Source: the human T2T-CHM13v2.0 reference genome, Homo sapiens. From it: DNA of 64,000 nucleotides. Under the pieces are notes generated by a model. The model did not search any database. It saw nothing but the letters and a program-made list of their open reading frames with translations, and was not told the DNA's origin. The DNA is taken from assembly GCA_009914755.4 (NCBI GenBank), contig CP086569.2, positions 31,872,001 to 31,936,000 on the forward strand, read 5' to 3'. Position 1 is the stretch's first letter. Each line of letters opens with the position of its first letter. Both the position numbers and the translations under genes were made by a program. Shown one piece after another: positions 1 to 19,918 of this stretch.

Positions 1-560
<560 letters not shown>

Positions 561-1135
561 ATATTTTTTAAATGAAAAAAAATTTCAAAGGTACTCTGCT
601 TGGTACAATAATCAAATGTATAAACTGAGGAATAAAACATAACCATGAAACCTACTTATAACTGCATATGGAAAATACAGAGGATAATTTTTTAAATAAC
701 ATATTTTGAAAGCCTTAACTAGTAATTTGAAGAGTTGGCATTTGAAAGGCCAGTATGAATATACCTTCAAAGCAGCAACACAGGTTCCCCATGAGAAAAA
801 GCAAACTCAGGGAAAATAAAACCACAAAGGTTCAATCTCTTCTGACCTTTGAAAGACACAGCACAGACAGTGGTCCTTAGGACGAAGAGCAGGAGACCCC
901 TAATTCCGTCACCATGGCGATAGGGCATAAACATTGCTTGGTGAGGGCACAATCCACATTGTGAGGTCCAACTGCTGCCAGGAAGACAGGAGTGCTTTTA
1001 CATAGACCGAAAGGTCATTGAAGGCTCAGAGTTTTGTTTCAAGAACTGAATCCCAAGCCCACACGTTATTAGGCTGCGCTTCTTAAAACAAGTTATGAGA
1101 TGGGAAAAAGGGCACCCACAGACATACGTATACAT
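561..1135. other. Moderate-GC segment of about 575 bp in unit 1, of unassigned origin, present in every unit between the Alu 5' end and the AT-rich segment
   Basis: Runs from 'atattttttaaatgaaaaaaaatttcaaaggtactctgcttgg' to 'gggaaaaagggcacccacagacatacgta'. Non-repetitive internally, about 42% GC. It carries the propagated 61-aa and 70/71-aa ORFs. I do not recognise it as Alu, L1, rDNA or any coding sequence. Confidence 0.7.
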
Positions 1136-2980
<1,845 letters not shown>

Positions 2981-5102
2981 ATATTTTTTAAATGAAAAAA
3001 AATTTCAAAGGTACTCTGCTTGGTACAATAATCAAATGTATAAACTGAGGAATAAAACATAACCATGAAACCTACTTATAAGTGCATATGGAAAATACAG
3101 AGGATAATTTTTTAAATAACATATTTTGAAAGCCTTAACTAGTAATTTGAAGAGTTGGCATTTGAAAGGCCAGTATGAATATACCTTCAAAGCAGCAACA
3201 CAGGTTCCCCATGAGAAAAAGCAAACTCAGGGAAAATAAAACCACAAAGGTTCAATCTCTTCTGACCTTTGAAAGACACAGCACAGACAGTGGTCCTTAG
3301 GACGAAGAGCAGGAGACCCCTAATTCCGTCACCATGGCGATAGGGCATAAACATTGCTTGGTGAGGGCACAATCCACATTGTGAGGTCCAACTGCTGCCA
3401 GGAAGACAGGAGTGCTTTTACATAGACCGAAAGGTCATTGAAGGCTCAGAGTTTTGTTTCAAGAACTGAATCCCAAGCCCACACGTTATTAGGCTGCGCT
3501 TCTTAAAACAAGTTATGAGATGGGAAAAAGGGCACCCACAGACATACGTATACATTATGTATATAATAATATACAGTATCATATATATAATATATATAAC
3601 CTATGTATAATATTGTTTTACATCCTGCATCTTATATTATATATATTGTATAAAATATAATAATTGATAATATATAAGCTTTATATTTATACAATATGAC
3701 ATATAGTATATATTATAATTTATGACATATATTATATATGTTATATATCATATATAGAATATATTATACGGTTAATATACGTATTAAATATAAATTATAC
3801 ATTATATATATTATATATAATATATCTGCTATATATAATACCCATTATGCATAATATATATATTATGTCTATGTTATATATAGTATAAAACAACATATAA
3901 TAATATATAATTGTATATATAAAATGCGACATATAATATATATTATATTTTATGACATATGTAATATATATTATATATTATATATAATACGTTGTATGTA
4001 TAATACCTATATTAAATATATATTATATGACTATGTTATTAATTACATGTCACATATGTTATATATTATCTATTTTGCATAGAATGTACCGGATACATAC
4101 AATATATACTATGTTACCTATGATGTATAATTTATTACATGTCAAATAAGGAATGCAATATATTATGTATAATTTATAATATACAATATGTGGAATGTGA
4201 TATATATAACATATAATATATGATATATGATATACAGTATATGATATATAACATACAATATATGATACCTAACATATATGGTATACAATATATATTTTAT
4301 GATATGTATTCTCTATGTTTTATATTCTGTTATATATAACTATTTGAACTTATATATAACTGTGTAATATTTTATGTAAATATGTAATATAATATATATA
4401 ACTATATAATATATTATATATAACTATATATTATGTTATATATACTTTTATAACATAATTTACATAAAATATCATAATATAATATATATTATATTATTTC
4501 ATATTACATAATATATATTACATATCACCCAATATAAGTAACATACATAATATTACAATATAGATTATATTATGTTATATTAAATCTCATATATATCATG
4601 TATCATATATTGTATAATATATATTATACATTATATAATATGTTTGTTGTCTATTATGTGATATATATAACTATATATATAATTATAATATTATACATAT
4701 AACTAGATAAACATGTAATTCTACATGTTTTCATTTATAATATATAGAATTATATAATCATATATAATTATTTATATTCTATAAAAAATTATATCATTAT
4801 ATAAATTATAATATATAAAAATTATAATATGTACTACAAATATATATATTATATATCATATATGATATAGTACCTTTGTTATATATCATAATACATATAA
4901 ATGTGTAGTATGTTATCTATAATTATATAATTTCATATATAAGATGTATAATATGTGTTATATATTATATATGTTATGTAATATATATAGTATATATAAG
5001 ATGACACAGGATAAATATTATATACTATGACATATAAAATATATGAGGTTATATGTTACATATAAGGCATAGCACATAACATGTAATATATATCATCTAT
5101 AA

Positions 5103-5400
5103 TTTTTTTTTAGACAGAGTCTTGTCCTGTTGCACAGGGTGGAGTACAATTGCGCCATCTTTGCTCACTGCAACATCTGCCTCACGGGTCCAAGCGATTG
5201 TCCTCCCTCAGCCTCCTAGGTAGCTGGGACTACACCACACTGGGACTACACCAGCTGCCACCATGCCTAGCTAATTTTTTGGATTTTTAGTAGTGACAGC
5301 GTTTCACTGTATTGGCCAGGATGGTCTTGATCTCTTCACCTTGTGATCCCCTTGCCTTGGCCTCCAAATTCGCTGGGATTACAGGCCTGAGCCAAGATCC
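5103..5400 (-). mobile_element. Alu, unit 3
   Basis: Same element. Unit variants: 'caattgcgccatc', 'cctcctagg', 'attcgctggg'. Confidence 0.93.
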
Positions 5401-7499
5401 ATATTTTTTAAATGAAAAAAAATTTCAAAGGTACTCTGCTTGGTACAATAATCAAATGTATAAACTGAGGAATAAAACATAACCATGAAACCTACTTATA
5501 ACTGCATATGGAAAATACAGAGGATAATTTTTTAAATAACATATTTTGAAAGCCTTAACTAGTAATTTGAAGAGTTGGCATTTGAAAGGCCAGTATGAAT
5601 ATACCTTCAAAGCAGCAACACAGGTTCCCCATGAGAAAAAGCAAACTCAGGGAAAATAAAACCACAAAGGTTCAATCTCTTCTGACCTTTGAAAGACACA
5701 GCACAGACAGTGGTCCTTAGGACGAAGAGCAGGAGACCCCTAATTCCGTCACCATGGCGATAGGGCATAAACATTGCTGGGTGAGGGCACAATCCACATT
5801 GTGAGGTCCAACTGCTGCCAGGAAGACAGGAGTGCTTTTACATAGACCGAAAGGTCATTGAAGGCTCAGAGTTTTGTTTCAAGAACTGAATCCCAAGCCC
5901 ACACGTTATTAGGCTGCGCTTCTTAAAACAAGTTATGAGATGGGAAAAAGGGCACCCACAAACATACGTATACATTATGTATATAATAATATACAGTATC
6001 ATATATATAATATATATAACCTATGTATAATATTGTTTTACATCCTGCATCTTATATTATATATATTGTATAAAATATAATAATTGACAATATATAAGTT
6101 TTATATTTATACAATATGACATATAGTATATATTATAATTTATGACATATATTATATATGTTATATATCATATATAGAAAATATTATACGGTTAATATAC
6201 GTATTAAATATAAATTATACATTATATATATTATATATAATATCTCTGCTATATATAATATCCATTATGCATAATATATATATTATGTCTATGTTATATA
6301 TAGTATAAAACAACATATAATAATATATAATTGTATATATAAAATGCGACATATAATATATATTATATTTTATGACATATGTAATATATATTATATATTA
6401 TATATAATACGTTGTATGTATAATACGTATATTAAATATATATTATATGACTATGTTATTAATTACATGTCACATATGTTATATATTATATATTTTACAT
6501 AGAATGTACCGGTTACATACAATATATACTATGTTACATATAACGTATAATTTATTACATGTAAAATAAAGAATGCAATATATTATGTATAATTTATAAT
6601 ATACAATATGTGGAATGTGATATATATAACATATAATATATGATATATGATATACAGTATATGATATATAACCTATAATATATGATACCTAACATATATG
6701 GTATACAATATATATTTTATGATATGTATTCTCTATGTTTTATATTCTCTTATAGATAACTATTTGAAATTATATATAACTGTGTAATATTTTATGTAAA
6801 TTTGTAATATAATATATATAACTATATAATATATTATATATAACTATATATTATGTTATATATACTTTTATAACATAATTTACATAAAATATCATAATAT
6901 AATATATATTATATTATTTCATATTACATAATATATATTACATATCACCCAATATAAGTAACATACATAATATTATAATATAGATTATATTATGTTATAT
7001 TAAATATCATATATATCATGTATCATATATTCTATAATATATATTATACATTATATAATATGTATGTTGTCTATTATGTGATATATATAACTATATATAT
7101 AATTATATTATTATACATATAACTAGATAAACATGTAATTCTACATGTTTTCATTTATAATATATAGAATTATATAATCATATATAATTATTTATATTCT
7201 ATAAAAAATTATATCATTATATAAATTATAATATATAAAAATTATAATATGTACTACAAATATATATATTATATATCATATATGATATAGTAACTTTGTT
7301 ATATATCATAATACACATAAATGTGTATTATGTTATCTATAATTATATAATTTCATATATAAGATGTATAATATGTGTTATATATTATATATGTTATGTA
7401 ATATATATAGTATATATAAGATGACACAGGATAAATATTATATACTATGACATATAAAATATATGAGGTTATATGTTACATATAAGGCATACCACATAA

Positions 7500-7820
<321 letters not shown>

Positions 7821-9919
7821 ATATTTTTTAAATGAAAAACAATTTCAAAGGTACTCTGCTTGGTACAATAATCAAATGTATAAACTGAGGAATAAAACAT
7901 AACCATCAAACCTACTTATAACTGCATATGGAAAATACAGAGGATAATTTTTTAAATAACATATTTTGAAAGCCTTAACTAGTAATTTGAAGAGTTGGCA
8001 TTTGAAAGGCCAGTATGAATATACCTTCAAAGCAGCAACACAGGTTCCCCATGAGAAAAAGCAAACTCAGGGAAAATAAAACCACAAAGGTTCAATCTCT
8101 TCTGACCTTTGAAAGACACAGCACAGACAGTGGTCCTTAGGACGAAGAGCAGGAGACCCCTAATTCCGTCACCATGGCGATAGGGCATAAACATTGCTTG
8201 GTGAGGGCACAATCCACATTGTGAGGTCCAACTGCTGCCAGGAAGACAGGAGTGCTTTTACATAGACCGAAAGGTCATTGAAGGCTCAGAGTTTTGTTTC
8301 AAGAACTGAATCCCAAGCCCACACGTTATTAGGCTGCGCTTCTTAAAACAAGTTATGAGATGGGAAAAAGGGCACCCACAGACATACGTATACATTATGT
8401 ATATAATAATATACAGTATCATATATATAATATATATAACCTATGTATAATATTGTTTTACATCCTGCATCTTATATTATATATATTGTATAAAATATAA
8501 TAATTGATAATATATAAGTTTTATATTTATACAATATGACATATAGTATATATTATAATTTATGACATATATAATGTATGTTATATATCATATATAGAAT
8601 ATATTATACGGTTAATATACGTATTAAATATGAATTATACATTATATATATTATATATAATATATCTGTTATATATAATACCCATTATGCATAATATATA
8701 TATTATGTCTATGTTATATATAGTATAAAACAACATATAATAATATATAATTGTGTATATAATATGCGACATATAATATATATTATATTTTATGACATAT
8801 GTAATATATATTATATATTATATATAATACGTTGTATGTATAATACCTATAATAAATATATATTATATGACTATGTTACTAATTACATGTCACATGTGTT
8901 ATATATTATATATTTTACATAGAATATACCGGTTACATACAATATATACTATGTTACCTATAATGTATAATTTATTACATGTGAAATAAAGAATGCAATA
9001 TATTATGTATAATTTATAATACACAATATGTGGAATGTGATATATATAACATATAATATATGATATATGATATACAGTATATGATATATAACATACAATA
9101 TATGATACCTAATATATATGGTATACAATATATATTTTATGATATGTATTCCATATGTTTTATATTCTGTTATATATAACTATTTGAAATTATATATAAT
9201 TGTATAATATTTTATGTAAATATGTAATATAATATATATAACTATATAATATATTATATATAACTATATATTATGTTATATATACTTTTATAACATAATT
9301 TACATAAAATATCATAATATAATATATATTATATTATTTCATATTACATAATATATATTACATATCACCCAATATAAGTAACATACATAATATTATAATA
9401 TAGATTATATTATGTTATATTAAATATCATATATATCATGTATCATATAATCTATCATATATATTATACATTATATAATATGTATGTTGTCTATTATGTG
9501 ATATATATAACTATATATATAATTATATTATTATACATATAACTAGATAAACATGTAATTCTACATATTTTCATTTATAATATATAGAATTATATAATCA
9601 TATATAATTATTTATATTCTATAAAAAATTATATCATTATATAAATTATAATATGTAAAAATTATAATATGTACTACAAATATATATATTATATATCATA
9701 TATGATATGGTACCTTTGTTATATATCATAATACATATAAATGTGTATTATGTTATCTATAATTATATAATTTCATATATAAGATGTATAATATTTATTA
9801 TATATTGTATATGTTATATAATATATATAGTATATATAAGATGACACAGGATAAATATTATATACTATGACATATAAAATATATGAGGTTATATGTTACA
9901 TATAAGGTATAGCACATAA

Positions 9920-10240
<321 letters not shown>

Positions 10241-12339
10241 ATATTTTTTAAATGAAAAAAAATTTCAAAGGTACTCTGCTTGGTACAATAATCAAATGTA
10301 TAAACTGAGGAATAAAACATAACCATGAAACCTACTTATAACTGCATATGGAAAATACAGAGGATAATTTTTTAAATAACATATTTTGAAAGCCTTAACT
10401 AGTAATTTGAAGAGTTGGCATTTGAAAGGCCAGTATGAATATACCTTCAAAGCAGCAACACAGGTTCCCCATGAGAAAAAGCAAACTCAGGGAAAATAAA
10501 ACCACAAAGGTTCAATCTCTTCTGACCTTTGAAAGACACAGCACAGACAGTGGTCCTTAGGACGAAGAGCAGGAGACCCCTAATTCCGTCACCATGGCGA
10601 TAGGGCATAAACATTGCTTGGTGAGGGCACAATCCACATTGTGAGGTCCAACTGCTGCCAGGAAGACAGGAGTGCTTTTACATAGACCGAAAGGTCATTG
10701 AAGGCTCAGAGTTTTGTTTCAAGAACTGAATCCCAAGCCCACACGTTATTAGGCTGCGCTTCTTAAAACAAGTTATGAGATGGGAAAAAGGGCACCCACA
10801 GACATACGTATACATTATGTATATAATAATATACAGTATCATATATATAATATATATAACCTATGTATAATATTGTTTTACATCCTGCATCTTATATTAT
10901 ATATATTGTATAAAATACAATAATTGATAATATATAAGTTTTATATTTATACAATATGACATATAGTATAAATTATAATTTATGACATATAATATATATG
11001 TTATATATCATATATAGAATATATTATACGGTTAATATACGTATTAAATATAAATTATACATTATATATATTATATATAATATATCTGCTATATATAATA
11101 CCCATTATGCATAATATATATATTATGTCTATGTTATATATAGTATAAAACAACATATAATAATATATAATTGTATATATAAAATGCGACATATAATATA
11201 TAATATATTTTATGACATATGTAATATATATTATATATTATATATAATACGTTGTATGTATAATAACTAAATTAAATATATATTATATGACTATGTTATT
11301 AATTACATGTCACATATGTTATATATTATATATTTTACATAGAATGTACCGGTTACATACAATATATACTATGTTTCCTATAATGTATAATTTCTTACAT
11401 GTAAAATAAAGAATGCAATATATTATGTATAATTTATAATATACAATATGTGGAATGTGATATATATAACATATAATATATGATATATGATATACAGTAT
11501 ATGATATATAACATACAATATATGATACCTAACATATATGGTATACAATATATATTTTATGCTATGTATTCTCTATGTTTTATATTCTGTTATATATAAC
11601 TATTTGAAATTATATATAACTGAGTAATATTTTATGTAAATATGTAATATAATATATATAACTATATAATATATTATATATAACTATATATTATGTTATA
11701 TATACTTTTATAACATAATTTACATAAAATATCATTATATAATATATATTATATTATTTCATATTACATAATATATATTACATATCACCCAATATAAGTA
11801 ACATACATAATATTATAATATAGATTATATTATGTTATATTAAATATCATATATATCATGTATCATATATTCTATAATATATATTATACATTATATAATA
11901 TGTATGTTGTCTATTATGTGATATATATAACTATATATATAATTATATTATTATACATATATCTAGATAAACATGTAATTCTACATATTTTCATTTATAA
12001 TATATAGAATTACATAATCATATATAATTATTTATATTCTATAAAAAATTATATCATTATATAAATTATAATATATAAAAATTATAATATGTACTACAAA
12101 TATATATATTATATATCATATATGATATAGTACCTTTGTTATATATCATAATACATATAAATGTGTATTATGTTATCTATAATTATATAATTTCATATAT
12201 AAGATGTATAATATTTATTATATATTATATATGTTATGTAATATATATAGTATATATAAGATGACCCAGGATAAATATTATATACTATGACATATAAAAT
12301 ATATGAGGTTATATGTTACATATAAGGCATAGCACATAA

Positions 12340-12660
<321 letters not shown>

Positions 12661-14782
12661 ATATTTTTTAAATGAAAAAAAATTTCAAAGGTACTCTGCT
12701 TGGTACAATAATCAAATGTATAAACTGAGGAATAAAACATAACCATGAAACCTACTTATAAGTGCATATGGAAAATACAGAGGATAATTTTTTAAATAAC
12801 ATATTTTGAAAGCCTTAACTAGTAATTTGAAGAGTTGGCATTTGAAAGGCCAGTATGAATATACCTTCAAAGCAGCAACACAGGTTCCCCATGAGAAAAA
12901 GCAAACTCAGGGAAAATAAAACCACAAAGGTTCAATCTCTTCTGACCTTTGAAAGACACAGCACAGACAGTGGTCCTTAGGACGAAGAGCAGGAGACCCC
13001 TAATTCCGTCACCATGGCGATAGGGCATAAACATTGCTTGGTGAGGGCACAATCCACATTGTGAGGTCCAACTGCTGCCAGGAAGACAGGAGTGCTTTTA
13101 CATAGACCGAAAGGTCATTGAAGGCTCAGAGTTTTGTTTCAAGAACTGAATCCCAAGCCCACACGTTATTAGGCTGCGCTTCTTAAAACAAGTTATGAGA
13201 TGGGAAAAAGGGCACCCACAGACATACGTATACATTATGTATATAATAATATACAGTATCATATATATAATATATATAACCTATGTATAATATTGTTTTA
13301 CATCCTGCATCTTATATTATATATATTGTATAAAATATAATAATTGATAATATATAAGCTTTATATTTATACAATATGACATATAGTATATATTATAATT
13401 TATGACATATATTATATATGTTATATATCATATATAGAATATATTATACGGTTAATATACGTATTAAATATAAATTATACATTATATATATTATATATAA
13501 TATATCTGCTATATATAATACCCATTATGCATAATATATATATTATGTCTATGTTATATATAGTATAAAACAACATATAATAATATATAATTGTATATAT
13601 AAAATGCGACATATAATATATATTATATTTTATGACATATGTAATATATATTATATATTATATATAATACGTTGTATGTATAATACCTATATTAAATATA
13701 TATTATATGACTATGTTATTAATTACATGTCACATATGTTATATATTATATATTTTGCATAGAATGTACCGGATACATACAATATATACTATGTTACCTA
13801 TGATGTATAATTTATTACATGTCAAATAAGGAATGCAATATATTATGTATAATTTATAATATACAATATGTGGAATGTGATATATATAACATATAATATA
13901 TGATATATGATATACAGTATATGATATATAACATACAATATATGATACCTAACATATATGGTATACAATATATATTTTATGATATGTATTCTCTATGTTT
14001 TATATTCTGTTATATATAACTATTTGAACTTATATATAACTGTGTAATATTTTATGTAAATATGTAATATAATATATATAACTATATAATATATTATATA
14101 TAACTATATATTATGTTATATATACTTTTATAACATAATTTACATAAAATATCATAATATAATATATATTATATTATTTCATATTACATAATATATATTA
14201 CATATCACCCAATATAAGTAACATACATAATATTACAATATAGATTATATTATGTTATATTAAATCTCATATATATCATGTATCATATATTGTATAATAT
14301 ATATTATACATTATATAATATGTTTGTTGTCTATTATGTGATATATATAACTATATATATAATTATAATATTATACATATAACTAGATAAACATGTAATT
14401 CTACATGTTTTCATTTATAATATATAGAATTATATAATCATATATAATTATTTATATTCTATAAAAAATTATATCATTATATAAATTATAATATATAAAA
14501 ATTATAATATGTACTACAAATATATATATTATATATCATATATGATATAGTACCTTTGTTATATATCATAATACATATAAATGTGTAGTATGTTATCTAT
14601 AATTATATAATTTCATATATAAGATGTATAATATGTGTTATATATTATATATGTTATGTAATATATATAGTATATATAAGATGACACAGGATAAATATTA
14701 TATACTATGACATATAAAATATATGAGGTTATATGTTACATATAAGGCATAGCACATAACATGTAATATATATCATCTATAA

Positions 14783-15080
14783 TTTTTTTTTAGACAGAGT
14801 CTTGTCCTGTTGCACAGGGTGGAGTACAATTGCGCCATCTTTGCTCACTGCAACATCTGCCTCACGGGTCCAAGCGATTGTCCTCCCTCAGCCTCCTAGG
14901 TAGCTGGGACTACACCACACTGGGACTACACCAGCTGCCACCATGCCTAGCTAATTTTTTGGATTTTTATTAGTGACAGCGTTTCACTGTATTGGCCAGG
15001 ATGGTCTTGATCTCTTCACCTTGTGATCCCCTTGCCTTGGCCTCCAAATTCGCTGGGATTACAGGCCTGAGCCAAGATCC
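14783..15080 (-). mobile_element. Alu, unit 7
   Basis: Same element; matches the unit 3 copy plus 'ggatttttattagtg'. Confidence 0.93.
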
Positions 15081-17179
15081 ATATTTTTTAAATGAAAAAC
15101 AATTTCAAAGGTACTCTGCTTGGTACAATAATCAAATGTATAAACTGAGGAATAAAACATAACCATGAAACCTACTTATAACTGCATATGGAAAATACAG
15201 AGGATAATTTTTTAAATAACATATTTTGAAAGCCTTAACTAGTAATTTGAAGAGTTGGCATTTGAAAGGCCAGTATGAATATACCTTCAAAGCAGCAACA
15301 CAGGTTCCCCATGAGAAAAAGCAAACTCAGGGAAAATAAAACCACAAAGGTTCAATCTCTTCTGACCTTTGAAAGACACAGCACAGACAGTGGTCCTTAG
15401 GACGAAGAGCAGGAGACCCCTAATTCCGTCACCATGGCGATAGGGCATAAACATTGCTGGGTGAGGGCACAATCCACATTGTGAGGTCCAACTGCTGCCA
15501 GGAAGACAGGAGTGCTTTTACATAGACCGAAAGGTCATTGAAGGCTCAGAGTTTTGTTTCAAGAACTGAATCCCAAGCCCACACGTTATTAGGCTGCGCT
15601 TCTTAAAACAAGTTATGAGATGGGAAAAAGGGCACCCACAAACATACGTATACATTATGTATATAATAATATACAGTATCATATATATAATATATATAAC
15701 CTATGTATAATATTGGTTTACATCCTGCATCTTATATTATATATATTGTATAAAATATAATAATTGACAATATATAAGTTTTATATTTATACAATATGAC
15801 ATATAGTATATATTATAATTTATGACATATATTATATATGTTATATATCATATATAGAAAATATTATACGGTTAATATACGTATTAAATATAAATTATAC
15901 ATTATATATATTATATATAATATCTCTGCTATATATAATATCCATTATGCATAATATATATATTATGTCTATGTTATATATAGTATAAAACAACATATAA
16001 TAATATATAATTGTATATATAAAATGCGACATATAATATATATTATATTTTATGACATATGTAATATATATTATATATTATATATAATACGTTGTATGTA
16101 TAATACGTATATTAAATATATATTATATGACTATGTTATTAATTACATGTCACATATGTTATATATTATATATTTTACATAGAATGTACCGGTTACATAC
16201 AATATATACTATGTTACATATAACGTATAATTTATTACATGTAAAATAAAGAATGCAATATATTATGTATAATTTATAATATACAATATGTGGAATGTGA
16301 TATATATAACATATAATATATGATATATGATATACAGTATATGATATATAACCTATAATATATGATACCTAACATATATGGTATACAATATATATTTTAT
16401 GATATGTATTCTCTATGTTTTATATTCTCTTATAGATAACTATTTGAAATTATATATAACTGTGTAATATTTTATGTAAATTTGTAATATAATATATATA
16501 ACTATATAATATATTATATATAACTATATATTATGTTATATATACTTTTATAACATAATTTACATAAAATATCATAATATAATATATATTATATTATTTC
16601 ATATTACATAATATATATTACATATCACCCAATATAAGTAACATACATAATATTATAATATAGATTATATTATGTTATATTAAATATCATATATATCATG
16701 TATCATATATTCTATAATATATATTATACATTATATAATATGTATGTTGTCTATTATGTGATATATATAACTATATATATAATTATATTATTATACATAT
16801 AACTAGATAAACATGTAATTCTACATGTTTTCATTTATAATATATAGAATTATATAATCATATATAATTATTTATATTCTATAAAAAATTATATCATTAT
16901 ATAAATTATAATATATAAAAATTATAATATGTACTACAAATATATATATTATATATCATATATGATATAGTACCTTTGTTATATATCATAATACACATAA
17001 ATGTGTATTATGTTATCTATAATTATATAATTTCATATATAAGATGTATAATATGTGTTATATATTATATATGTTATGTAATATATATAGTATATATAAG
17101 ATGACACAGGATAAATATTATATACTATGACATATAAAATATATGAGGTTATATGTTACATATAAGGCATAGCACATAA

Positions 17180-17500
<321 letters not shown>

Positions 17501-19597
17501 ATATTTTTTAAATGAAAAAAAATTTCAAAGGTACTCTGCTTGGTACAATAATCAAATGTATAAACTGAGGAATAAAACATAACCATGAAACCTACTTATA
17601 ACTGCATATGGAAAATACAGAGGATAATTTTTTAAATAACATATTTTGAAAGCCTTAACTAGTAATTTGAAGAGTTGGCATTTGAAAGGCCAGTATGAAT
17701 ATACCTTCAAAGCAGCAACACAGGTTCCCCATGAGAAAAAGCAAACTCAGGGAAAATAAAACCACAAAGGTTCAATCTCTTCTGACCTTTGAAAGACACA
17801 GCACAGACAGTGGTCCTTAGGACGAAGAGCAGGAGACCCCTAATTCCGTCACCATGGCGATAGGGCATAAACACTGCTGGGTGAGGGCACAATCCACATT
17901 GTGAGGTCCAACTGCTGCCAGGAAGACAGGAGTGTTTTTACATAGACCGAAAGGTCATTGAAGGCTCAGAGTTTTGTTTCAAGAACTGAATCCCAAGCCC
18001 ACACGTTATTAGGCTGCGCTTCTTAAAACAAGTTATGAGATGGGAAAAAGGGCACCCACAAACATACGTATACATTATGTATATAATAATATACAGTATC
18101 ATATATATAATATATATAACCTATGTATAATATTGTTTTACATCCTGCATCTTATATTATATATATTGTATAAAATATAATTATTGATAATATATAAATT
18201 TTATATTTATACAATATGACATATAGTATATATTATAATTTATGACATATATAATATATGTTATATATCATATATAGAATATATTATAGGGTTAATATAC
18301 GTATTAAATATAAATTATACATTATATGTATTATATATAATATTTCTGTTATATATAATACCCATTATGCATAATATATATATTATGTGTATGTTATGTA
18401 TAATATAAAACAACATATAATAATATATAATTGTATATATAAAATGCGACATATAATATATATTATATTTTATGACATATGTTATAAATATTATATATTA
18501 TATATAATACGTTGTATGTGTAATACCTATATTAAATATATATTATATGACTATGTTATTAATTACATGTCACATATGTTATATATTATATATTTTACAT
18601 AGAATATACCGGTTACATACAATATATACTATGTTACCTATAATGTATAATTTATTACATGTAAAATAAAGAATGCAATATATTATGTATAATTTATAAT
18701 ATACAATATGTGGAATGTGATATATATAACTTATAATATATGATATATGATATAAAGTATATGATATATAACATACAATATATGATACTTAATATATGGT
18801 ATACAATATATATTTTATGATATGCATTCTATATGTTTTATATTCTGTTATGTATAACTATTTGAAATTATATATAACTGTATAATATTTTATGTAAATA
18901 TGTAATATAATATATATAACTATATAATATATTATATATAAGTATATATTTTGTTATATATACTTTTAAAACATAATTTACGTAAAATATCATTGTATAA
19001 TATATATTATATTATTTCATATTACATAATATATATTACATATCACCCAATATAAGTAACATACATAATATTATAATATGGATTATATTATGTTATATTA
19101 AATATCATATATATCATGTATCATATATTCTATAATATATATTATACATTATATAATATGTATGTTGTCTATTATGTGATATATATAACTATATATATAA
19201 TTATATTATTATACATATAACTAGATAAACATGTAATTCTACATATTTTCATTTATAATATATAGAATTATATAATCATATATAATTATTTATATTCTAT
19301 AAAAAATTATATCATTATATAAATTATAATATATAAAAATTATAATATGTATTACAAATATATATATTATATATCATATATGATATAGTACCTTTGTTAT
19401 ATATCATAATACATATAAATGTGTATTATGTTATCTATAATTATATAATTTCATATATAAGATGTATAATATGTATTATATATTATATATGTTATGTAAT
19501 ATATATAGTATATATAAGATGACACAGGATAAATATTATATACTATGACATATAAAATATATGAGGTTATATGTTACATATAAGGCATAGCACATAA

Positions 19598-19918
<321 letters not shown>

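Noticed and set aside
767-952. A 61-aa minus-strand ORF recurring 27 times (MCPH[Q/P]AMFMPYRHGDGIRGLLLF...), plus recurring 70-, 71- and 74-aa ORFs (e.g. 22764-22976, 41719-41934, 20594-20818)
   Set aside because: They recur only because the satellite unit recurs. They lie in the unassigned moderate-GC segment or are Y/I/N-rich translations of the AT-rich satellite. Almost all differences between copies are non-synonymous (Q->P, R->K, L->W, G->V, E->V, R->C, M->V), so there is no purifying-selection signal. Start-codon context and composition are poor, and this is heterochromatic satellite DNA.
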